Assembly: GCA_043757405.1 (NCBI GenBank)
Contig: JAYVPI010000005.1
Coordinates: 76,529 to 100,528 of the forward strand
Source: Alphaproteobacteria bacterium
GTDB taxonomy: Bacteria > Pseudomonadota > Alphaproteobacteria > Rickettsiales > 21-14-0-20-44-7
Length of the DNA: 24,000 bases
Direction of reading: 5' to 3'
The notes beneath the pieces were generated by a model. It was not told where the DNA came from. It did no database searches and worked only from the letters and a program-made list of their open reading frames with translations. Positions 8,710-15,408 of the stretch are shown here, in pieces; within the stretch, counting starts at the first letter, position 1, and each line of letters starts with the position of its first letter. Position numbers and translations under genes: made by a program.

Positions 8710-9522
8710 ATGCAAATATATTTCAAAGATAAATTTATCGTAGAAAACCAGGCGCAAATCAGCGTCAATGACCGCTCCTTCCGTTTTGGCGACGGGGTTT
8801 TCGAGACGGTGATTATTTATAACGCAAAAACCTGGGACTGGCCAAGCCATGCCAAGCGCCTGCAAAAAGGGTTGGAATTTTACAAACTGGATATCAACAT
8901 CAGCAAAATCCCCGAAATCGCTGCCGCGCTGATAAAGAGCAACAACATCAAACAAGGTTATCTCCGAATAATCATCTCCCGCGGCGAAACTCATTCAGTC
9001 GGCTACGCAGTAGAAAATCCGACCCCTTACATGGTCGTGCAAGTAATGGAAAAACCATTGCCGGAATTCCAAACCATAAAATTAGTGGTTGCCAAAATCC
9101 GCGCTTATTACCGCACCCCATGCAAAACCAACAACGCACTTCTCTACACCCGCGCCATGCTCGAAGCCACCGAAGCGGGCTGTGACAACGCATTGCTGCT
9201 CTCCCACGACGACTATATTTGCGAAACCGCCAATGCGAATATCTTCTGGATCAAAGGCAATGTGCTTTATACGCCATCCACCGATTTACCCTTCGTGCCG
9301 GGAACCGTGCGCGAAAAAACCTTGGAATTATGGACAGGCGAAGTCAAAGAAGGGCGCTACACCATCGACGACCTAAAAGACGCCGACGAAATCTTCATGA
9401 CCAATGTGGGGGGGATTGTGACTGCGGTGGGTGAGGTGAGGCCGTTGGGAATAAATGCAAAATCACAGAAAAAAACTTTGCAAATTAGGGCAAAGCTAGT
9501 GGACGGAATTTGTAATGTTTAA
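8710..9522 (+). CDS. aminotransferase class IV (aminodeoxychorismate lyase / D-amino-acid aminotransferase family)
   Basis: 270 aa. The N-terminal pattern ISVNDRSFRFGDGVFETV, and later YTRAMLEATEAGCDNALLL..ETANANIFWIKG..TPS..LPGTVRE, are typical fold-type IV PLP enzyme blocks. PabC versus Dat versus IlvE cannot be decided by eye. Confidence 0.85.
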   Translation: MQIYFKDKFIVENQAQISVNDRSFRFGDGVFETVIIYNAKTWDWPSHAKRLQKGLEFYKLDINISKIPEIAAALIKSNNIKQGYLRIIISRGETHSVGYAVENPTPYMVVQVMEKPLPEFQTIKLVVAKIRAYYRTPCKTNNALLYTRAMLEATEAGCDNALLLSHDDYICETANANIFWIKGNVLYTPSTDLPFVPGTVREKTLELWTGEVKEGRYTIDDLKDADEIFMTNVGGIVTAVGEVRPLGINAKSQKKTLQIRAKLVDGICNV

Positions 9523-9892
9523 GGCTAAACATATAAGCGGTTTACCATATGAAAAAATAAATGATCTTCTGGGAATTGGCCTTACCAGCAATAAAACTTA
9601 TTTAAGCATAGCGGCAATTGAACATATCAAGGAGAAACATTGCGCACAGTTTGAAATATGCCTGGAGCATATCGATAACGTTATCTGGAAACCTGATTAT
9701 GCAGGCCAGTCGCCTAATCATAAGGATAATTTTGTGCTTATGAAAACCGTTGGCAAGCTAATTATTTTGGCAGCCATTGCCATTAAGCCGGATGAGTATG
9801 GAGATCATACGATTTTATCAAGTTATTTACTTGATAGAAATGCATTAAAAGCCAGGATTCGAAAGGGTTACTTAAAAATATTGAACCAATAA
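9515..9892 (+). CDS. hypothetical 125-aa protein, possibly a BECR-fold (phage Barnase-EndoU-ColicinE5/D-RelE-like) nuclease
   Basis: The ATG overlaps the upstream stop by 8 nt (ATGTTTAA). The motif order AIEHIKEKH .. IWKPDY .. beta-like LIILAAIAIKP .. TILSSYLL .. basic tail resembles small phage-associated BECR nucleases. The family call rests on pattern memory only. The gene is AT-richer than its neighbours. Confidence 0.55.
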   Translation: MFKAKHISGLPYEKINDLLGIGLTSNKTYLSIAAIEHIKEKHCAQFEICLEHIDNVIWKPDYAGQSPNHKDNFVLMKTVGKLIILAAIAIKPDEYGDHTILSSYLLDRNALKARIRKGYLKILNQ

Positions 9893-9920
9893 AAAAGACG
9901 CACCGAAATGCGCCTTTTTA
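9891..9920. terminator. bidirectional intrinsic terminator
   Basis: The sequence is AAAAAAGACGCA-CCGAAA-TGCGCCTTTTTA, with an A-tract and a T-tract flanking a GC stem. On the minus-strand RNA the stem is GGCGCA/UGCGUC (6 bp with one G-U) followed by UUUUUU. On the plus strand one position is an A-C mismatch. Confidence 0.6.
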
Positions 9921-10019
9921 GTTTAGACGGGTGCTAAATCCCGCATCTCTTGACCCAAATTTCTTTGAGCTAGTTACCACTCGCGTGGTGTGTGAGGAAG
10001 CTGTTCTCACCTCTAAACT
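9920..10019 (-). ncRNA. candidate ~100-nt structured small RNA (about 129 nt with the terminator), family unknown
   Basis: The predicted +1 (10019, 7 nt past the -10) is the first base of a 12-bp closing stem. That stem pairs AGUUUAGAGGUG (10019-10008) with CACC(CG)UCUAAACU (9933-9920). An internal CCAC-GCGA-GUGG GNRA hairpin is present. The terminator follows immediately at the 3' end. No ORF is present. Confidence 0.35.
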
Positions 10020-10025
10020 ATTCCC

Positions 10026-10054
10026 ATAATAGCCAATATTCGCATATAAGTCAA
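10026..10054 (-). promoter_or_regulatory. sigma70-like promoter TTGACT-N17-TATTAT (minus strand)
   Basis: On the plus strand, AGTCAA at 10049-10054 and ATAATA at 10026-10031, with a spacer of exactly 17 nt. It lies downstream of the ATPase gene stop (10146) and fires toward the terminator at 9891-9920. Confidence 0.45.
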
Positions 10055-10145
10055 TAATATTGCTGCAACTGGTTGTTTTTCCTGCTTTTTGAACTCCGCC
10101 TTCCTCTTGGGTTGCTTTCCGATTTTAATTATTTTGATAGCTGCC

Positions 10146-11750
10146 TTATTTTTCTGCCACCTTATTCCGCTCATTCACTTCCTTCAACTCCGCTTCCGCC
10201 TTCAGCTGATCCAATTCTTCCTCGCTCAAAGTCGTGCGCCGAACACCCTTATCTCCCGGCAGCCATATCAATTGCAGCGTCTTCGGATCACGCGCAAACA
10301 CCCGTTCTTCCGTCACCATTCCCAAATTCGGTGGAATATTACACTTCGCCAAACCAACAATCGTATACGGCCCATCGCGGTATAAACCTAAAACCACACG
10401 TGCCCTATCGATAAAAACTTGAGAACCGCGGAGCAAGTCTAAAATCTCTCTCGCGCTTTTCGGATTTGCGCTCTTCTCCAAGTGATGCACGATAATCATC
10501 GCGCAGTTTTTCTTGATCGCGAATTCCTCGATTGCCTCGAAGAAATTGCTCACTACTTCTGAATCATCTTCATCACCTTCCAGATATTTTCTCGCCGGAT
10601 CGATAACCATGATCGAAACATCCGGCATCGCCGCCAGCCTTGTCATAAACTCCGGCAATGTTTCCTCGCGATCGCGGAATTCCGTCCGCTGGAACATCAA
10701 ACGATTAGCGCGGCCTTGTGGGTCAAATAATTCACCACGCGCATTGATAACCGCCGGACCATCCTCACCTGAAAAGTAAACGCAAATACCTTTCGTATTA
10801 TCATTCCTGATTTTCTGCCCCAGCCATAAATCCGGCTCTTCCCCCGGCTCATAATCAATCGCCGCCTTAACACATAACTCATGCGCAATTGATGACTTAC
10901 CCGTACCGCCCGCACCGGCCAAAACTGTAACCGTGCCGCGCGGAATCAAGCCATCAACCACGAAATCAAATGTCTCATCCGCGCCTTTACGCTGCGGGCC
11001 TGTCGCATAGAAAAAATCAAAATTACGGGCGCATAAGTTGAAATATTTGAGGTTGCGCTCAATGTCTTTTACATCAATCCCGAACCGCTCATACAAAACC
11101 TGGTGGCGGTCATAATTGTTCCAGCACAGCGCTGCGTCCAAGATCGTCTGCCCTTTGGCGGTGCGCCCTTCTGACAAAGTCTTGAAATCCGGATGCACGA
11201 ACATCCCGTTCTTGCTCAAATAGTGAATTCCGGAAAGCATATAATGATGGTAATATTCTTCGGAATCAACATTGCACAAATCATAAAGCGCCTTGTTTAC
11301 ATCGTCCGGTAAAATCGCCTTGTCGAGGAAAGCAACAACCTTCAAACCGGCTTGCTTGATTTCGGCGCGGACATAAAAGCCGGAGTTGACATTAATCTCA
11401 TTCAGCCGCTTCTGCTCGTTGCCGTCCAGCTTGGCGATACCTTTAGCGATAATCGTCGCCCAGGCGATTCCGGAGCCAATTGTTTTCATTTTTGCATCAT
11501 GTACCACCGGATTTAGGAGCAGGGGAGTGTTCGGAAGCTTGCCGTTATTATAATTTTTGATGATTTCCGCCACTGCCAAATCGACCTCATCAGGCCCAAA
11601 CCAGAACTCAAAACCCTCCACAGCCGCCCGCCAAGGCTCTTTTTCGGCCATGGTATAGAGCTTCATTTTACCCTTAAGCCCATGTTTATTATGGGCCGCC
11701 CAGATAATCTCCAGCTCATTCTTGATATTTTTTTCTATATCTTCCGGCAT
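10146..11750 (-). CDS. AAA_25 / RepA-like RecA-fold ATPase with an uncharacterised ~270-aa N-terminal domain
   Basis: 534 aa. The C-terminal half carries Walker A VLAGAGGTGKSS, then VYFSGEDGP, Walker B SIMVIDPARKYLEGDEDD, and IIVHHLEKS. This pattern matches RSF1010 RepA and phage primase-helicase C-domains. I could not assign the N-terminal half to any family. SD AAGGA lies 5 nt upstream of the ATG. Confidence 0.85.
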   Translation of the reverse strand: MPEDIEKNIKNELEIIWAAHNKHGLKGKMKLYTMAEKEPWRAAVEGFEFWFGPDEVDLAVAEIIKNYNNGKLPNTPLLLNPVVHDAKMKTIGSGIAWATIIAKGIAKLDGNEQKRLNEINVNSGFYVRAEIKQAGLKVVAFLDKAILPDDVNKALYDLCNVDSEEYYHHYMLSGIHYLSKNGMFVHPDFKTLSEGRTAKGQTILDAALCWNNYDRHQVLYERFGIDVKDIERNLKYFNLCARNFDFFYATGPQRKGADETFDFVVDGLIPRGTVTVLAGAGGTGKSSIAHELCVKAAIDYEPGEEPDLWLGQKIRNDNTKGICVYFSGEDGPAVINARGELFDPQGRANRLMFQRTEFRDREETLPEFMTRLAAMPDVSIMVIDPARKYLEGDEDDSEVVSNFFEAIEEFAIKKNCAMIIVHHLEKSANPKSAREILDLLRGSQVFIDRARVVLGLYRDGPYTIVGLAKCNIPPNLGMVTEERVFARDPKTLQLIWLPGDKGVRRTTLSEEELDQLKAEAELKEVNERNKVAEK

Positions 11751-11818
11751 TTTTTCCTTACAACTTGCCTATAATATCATATATTAACTGAAAATATACT
11801 GACAAAGGTTCGTTAACA

Positions 11819-12673
11819 ATGGATTACTACATACTCGTAAACGGTCAAAAACAAGGGCCCTATGATGTTTTGGACTTCATAAAAAAAGTTAAGAATGGTG
11901 TAATAACCGCCGAAACCCAGGTCTCCACGACCGAAAATGGCCCCTATATGCCCGCCGGCGGAGTTGAAGAATTGAAAGAAATAATTAAGGCCGAGTCAGG
12001 CCATGCCAGCTCGATTAGCAAGGATGTGAGCTTGTCCTTGAATGCCACTTTAAACGAAAGTGCGGAATTATGGACACGCCGTGTCACTGAATATACATTA
12101 TTTTTTGCCGCCATTATCGTCGTCGGTTTCGGAATTTCCATGGGCTTAAAAAAAATCCAACTATTTGCCGATTACCCGTTCGTCACCAATTATATTACCG
12201 CCACCCTCACTTATACTTTGCTCGGTTTCTATTGTTATTATGTGCTGATGACCAAGCGCAGCCAGGATCCGGATTTGAAGGAGATCAAATCGCTGATGAA
12301 ACTCTCACTCTCCAATCTTTTAATTTTCGCCGCTATTATTTCCCTCGCCATAATTCCGCTGGGCGTGAATATTCTCATCAGCACAATCACTCTCTCAATT
12401 GCGACCATAGTGTTGAGCCTATTGATTTTCGTGCCCTTCCTGATCGTTGATCACCGCATGGGCATGCGCCGCGCTGTTGTGGTTTCCCTGGAAAGCTTCA
12501 AATCTTTGAGCGCCAGTGTCATCTTCACCATAATCATAATTGTTGCCGTAAACATTGCCGCAGTATTGTTGCCTAGTGTCCTCGGCAATATCATTTTCTT
12601 CCTCGTACTGCTTATTTCGCTACCGGTTTCGATAGCTATTTTGGCCAATATTTATGACCATATCCTGGCTTGA
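11819..12673 (+). CDS. GYF_2 (DUF4339)-domain protein with a polytopic membrane C-terminal domain
   Basis: The N-terminus, YYILVNGQKQGPYDVLDFIKKVKNGVITAETQV..GPYMPAGGVEEL, fits the bacterial GYF_2 pattern. About 6 hydrophobic helices follow. The stop TGA (12671-12673) overlaps the hflX ATG (12673). Confidence 0.8.
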   Translation: MDYYILVNGQKQGPYDVLDFIKKVKNGVITAETQVSTTENGPYMPAGGVEELKEIIKAESGHASSISKDVSLSLNATLNESAELWTRRVTEYTLFFAAIIVVGFGISMGLKKIQLFADYPFVTNYITATLTYTLLGFYCYYVLMTKRSQDPDLKEIKSLMKLSLSNLLIFAAIISLAIIPLGVNILISTITLSIATIVLSLLIFVPFLIVDHRMGMRRAVVVSLESFKSLSASVIFTIIIIVAVNIAAVLLPSVLGNIIFFLVLLISLPVSIAILANIYDHILA

Positions 12674-13968
12674 TGGAAGATCCCAAGAAGCTAAAAACCT
12701 CGGCGCGAACAATTGTCATTCACCCGGAATTCCTTGGTGATGAGCGCGATTCGGGTTTTAAACTGGAAGAAGCAAATGGCCTGGCGGAAGCAATCTCGCT
12801 AAACATCCTGCGCTCGGTAATCATCCCCGTCCGCGATCCCAAACCTGATGCATTATTCGGCGGCGGCAAAATCACCGAACTCGCGGAATTCATCACCAAT
12901 AAGGAAGTCCAACTCGCCTTCGTCAATTCCAAGCTTACTCCGATCCAGCAACGCAATTTGGAAAAAGGCTGGAACTGCAAAGTCATCGACCGTTCCGGAT
13001 TAATTTTGGAAATCTTCGGCGCCCGTGCCCGAACTGCTGAGGGTAAGTTGCAGGTGGAATTGGCGGCGCTTGAATATCAAAAATCCCGCCTGGTGCGCAG
13101 TTGGACCCATTTGGAGCGCCAGCGCGGCGGCTTCGGTTTCCTTGGCGGCCCGGGTGAGACGCAGATCGAGTTGGATAAACGAATGATAAATGGCCGCATT
13201 TCCAAAATTAAAAAGGAACTGGAAAAAGTTGTCCGCACCCGTGAGCTTCACCGCAAAACCCGCCGCGATGTTCCATATACTATCGCCGCATTAGTCGGTT
13301 ATACCAATGCCGGAAAATCCACACTCTTCAACCGCCTGACAAAATCTGATGTCCTTGCCGAAGATAAATTATTCGCCACGCTTGATCCAACCATGCGCAT
13401 GTTGGAATTGCCGTCGGGGCGCAAATGCATCCTCTCCGACACGGTAGGTTTTATCAGCGATTTACCGCATGAACTCGTCGCCGCCTTCCGCGCCACATTG
13501 GAAGAAGTCGCCGAGGCTGATATACTTCTCCACATCCGCGATATCGCCAGCCCCGAAAGCGCGGGGCAAAAAACCGATGTTGAGGAAGTATTGAAAGCGA
13601 TGGGGCTGGAAAAGCGGATTCACAAGGATATGTTCGAGGTTTTGAACAAAGTTGACCTGCTTCCATCATCGTCATTGCGAACCCGCGACCCTGGATTGCC
13701 ACGCTCCGCTCGCAATGACGAAAATTTAAAAATCTCTGCCCTTACCGGAGAGGGCTGTGATAAACTGCTGCAATGGCTGGACGATAAAATCTCCAGCTTC
13801 AACCAAAGCATAGAATATAAACTAAAACCGGAAGCCGGCGCGGCATTGGCTTGGCTCTACCAACACGCCCATATCGAGAAACGCAAAGACTTAAAAACCA
13901 GCATCAAACTAACTGCCAATATTTCCGAAGAAAATATTGAGCGTTTTAAAAAGCTATTCAATCTGTAA
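12673..13968 (+). CDS. hflX: GTPase HflX
   Basis: HflX N-domain (LVRSWTHLERQRGGFGFLGGPGETQIELD). G1 is GYTNAGKSTLFN, G3 is DTVGFI, G4 is NKVD (13645-13656) and G5 is SALTGEG. The track ORF begins at TTG 12670; ATG 12673 is preferred. Confidence 0.93.
   Translation: MEDPKKLKTSARTIVIHPEFLGDERDSGFKLEEANGLAEAISLNILRSVIIPVRDPKPDALFGGGKITELAEFITNKEVQLAFVNSKLTPIQQRNLEKGWNCKVIDRSGLILEIFGARARTAEGKLQVELAALEYQKSRLVRSWTHLERQRGGFGFLGGPGETQIELDKRMINGRISKIKKELEKVVRTRELHRKTRRDVPYTIAALVGYTNAGKSTLFNRLTKSDVLAEDKLFATLDPTMRMLELPSGRKCILSDTVGFISDLPHELVAAFRATLEEVAEADILLHIRDIASPESAGQKTDVEEVLKAMGLEKRIHKDMFEVLNKVDLLPSSSLRTRDPGLPRSARNDENLKISALTGEGCDKLLQWLDDKISSFNQSIEYKLKPEAGAALAWLYQHAHIEKRKDLKTSIKLTANISEENIERFKKLFNL
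13671..13719. repeat. second copy (short form) of the GTCATTGCGA...TCGCAATGAC palindromic element, inside hflX
   Basis: GTCATTGCGAAC (13671-13682) pairs with GCTCGCAATGAC (13708-13719) with one mismatch. The inner CCTGGATTGCC is the complement-type match of GCAATCCAGG in copy 8624-8696. It is translated in frame as SSLRTRDPGLPRSARND, between G4 and G5. Confidence 0.75.
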
Positions 13969-13990
13969 AGATGCGCTATATTATAAGGCT

Positions 13991-14524
13991 TTAGCTATGG
14001 CCTTTATCTGCGCTTTTGCTATGAGAATGCGCGGCGACTATAGTGGTTGGCGATACGCCGTGCTGATGCTCTTTTTCCAACCCCAGCGCCAGGCGCTTTT
14101 CGTGCCATTCGCCGCGCGCTGTTTGTAACTCTTTTGAGTCCGTCCCGTGGCCCTGTCTTTTCAGAAGCGCTACAGTTTCCGACATCACGATTTCGCTAAT
14201 ATGCATTTTGCCGTCTGGAGTGGTGTGGTTTTTAGCGAATAACTCATCATTTGCCCGCATCCGCGCCGCATCAACTTTAACAATCTCTGGATCGGTCATG
14301 CGCCGGTCGTGTAAAATCCGCTGTTTGCCTTCAATATACTGCTCAGCAGTTATTGAATCGCCGTGGAATAATTTGGTGCCGATATTCCCATATGCCCTGA
14401 AATTTGCCTCAGTCACCTTTTTAAACTCATCAACATTTACGCTATTTGGGGCTACAAGTGATTGGGTATAAATTCCCGTATGTTTAGTGTGAATATTATG
14501 CGTATCGAAAACAAATGCGGCCAT
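13991..14524 (-). CDS. hypothetical protein with a His-rich C-terminus
   Basis: 177 aa. SD AAGGA lies ~8 nt upstream of the ATG. No family was recognised. The C-terminal tail is EKEHQHGVSPTTIVAAHSHSKSADKGHS. Confidence 0.6.
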   Translation of the reverse strand: MAAFVFDTHNIHTKHTGIYTQSLVAPNSVNVDEFKKVTEANFRAYGNIGTKLFHGDSITAEQYIEGKQRILHDRRMTDPEIVKVDAARMRANDELFAKNHTTPDGKMHISEIVMSETVALLKRQGHGTDSKELQTARGEWHEKRLALGLEKEHQHGVSPTTIVAAHSHSKSADKGHS

Positions 14525-14594
14525 GGGATTTCCTTTGATTTTGGTCCAATTAGTATACAGGAATTGTTAAGATTTGTAAAGAGGGTAAAAACCA

Positions 14595-14622
14595 TTGACA
14601 CAAGTGCGTTTTTCTATATATT
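14595..14622 (+). promoter_or_regulatory. sigma70-like promoter TTGACA-N16-TATATT upstream of rpsD
   Basis: TTGACA at 14595-14600 and TATATT at 14617-14622. This implies a leader of ~94 nt before the rpsD ATG (14723; SD AGGAG at 14712-14716). Confidence 0.45.
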
Positions 14623-14722
14623 CCGCCGCCTTAACCATATCGTTCCTTAGCAATGAAGCAGGAATCCTTGAATGGGGTCGCGCCGTAGTTTACGAAGGCG
14701 AACTGATGAATAGGAGATAAAT

Positions 14723-15343
14723 ATGACTAAAATCGTAAAATCGAAATCCAAAATCAGCCGCCGTTTGGGCGTTTCCCTTTGGGGCCGTGGCAAAGACGCA
14801 TTCAACTCGCGCAACAACCCTCCAGGCCAACATGGTGCTGCCGGTGCGGGTCGTAAAAAACATTCCAACTTCGGCATTCAATTGCGCGCCAAGCAACAAT
14901 TGAAAGGTTATTACAACATGTCCGAGAAGCAATTCTTCAAAAACTATCAAGAAGCTTCACGCAAAAAAGGCGATACTTCAGAAAACCTGGTAGGTTTGCT
15001 CGAGCGCCGTTTGGACGCTGTAGTTTATCGTTCTAACCTGGCACCGACAATTTTCTCAGCCCGCCAATTGGTTTCGCATAAACATATTTTGGTGAACGGC
15101 AAATCTGTCAATATCCCAAGCTATCACGTTGCGGATGGCGATGTTGTCGAGATCAAAGAAAAATCAAAACAAATCCCGATCGTTATTGAATCAACTCAAA
15201 AAGTTGAGCGCGAAATCCCTGGTTATCTCACAGTTGATGCCGCGAGTTTCAAAGCCACTTTCGTTCGCCAGCCGCAATATTCGGATATTCCATATCCAGT
15301 ACAAATGCAGCCGAATCTGATCGTCGAGTTTTACTCACGCTAA
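14723..15343 (+). CDS. rpsD: 30S ribosomal protein S4
   Basis: 206 aa, reading SRRLGVSLWGRGKDAFNSRNNPPGQHG..QLRAKQQLKGYYN..GLLERRLDAVVYRSNLAPTIFSARQLVSHKHILVNGKSVNIPSY. It is collinear with bacterial S4, including the S4 RNA-binding domain. Confidence 0.95.
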   Translation: MTKIVKSKSKISRRLGVSLWGRGKDAFNSRNNPPGQHGAAGAGRKKHSNFGIQLRAKQQLKGYYNMSEKQFFKNYQEASRKKGDTSENLVGLLERRLDAVVYRSNLAPTIFSARQLVSHKHILVNGKSVNIPSYHVADGDVVEIKEKSKQIPIVIESTQKVEREIPGYLTVDAASFKATFVRQPQYSDIPYPVQMQPNLIVEFYSR

Positions 15344-15350
15344 GAATTAA

Positions 15351-15407
15351 AGACTTCAGACATCAGACTTCAGTCCACTGATGACTGGCGTCCGAAGTCT
15401 GAAGTCT
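15351..15407. terminator. long intergenic palindrome between convergent genes (probable bidirectional terminator hairpin), built from ACTTCAG-type heptamers
   Basis: Two 25-nt arms, AGACTTCAGACATCAGACTTCAGTC and GACTGGCGTCCGAAGTCTGAAGTCT, pair as 21 Watson-Crick plus 1 G-T. It fills the gap between the rpsD stop (15343) and the stop of the minus-strand gene (15409). There are no strong U-tracts, so terminator function is inferred. Confidence 0.5.
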
Positions 15408-15408
15408 A

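Noticed and set aside
8596-8994. 132-aa minus-strand ORF
   Set aside because: It overlaps the 5' part of the class-IV aminotransferase gene and runs through the palindromic repeat. It is explained by those features.
9855-9866. GGATTCGAAAGG, resembling the complement of a tRNA T-arm
   Set aside because: No acceptor, D or anticodon arms can be built around it, and it lies inside ORF 9515-9892. No tRNA was called anywhere in the window.
9920-10019. The structured RNA candidate as SRP (4.5S) RNA, 6S RNA or a riboswitch
   Set aside because: The conserved SRP helix-8 sequence (GGAAGCAGC-type with an apical GNRA at mid-length) is absent on both strands. It is too short for 6S RNA. No gene lies downstream, so it is not a riboswitch. 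It is left as an RNA of unknown family.
9515-12673. Calling the block a prophage, ICE or other mobile element
   Set aside because: No integrase, transposase, tRNA target or flanking direct repeats are visible. Only composition and gene content hint at foreign origin, so no mobile_element feature was reported.
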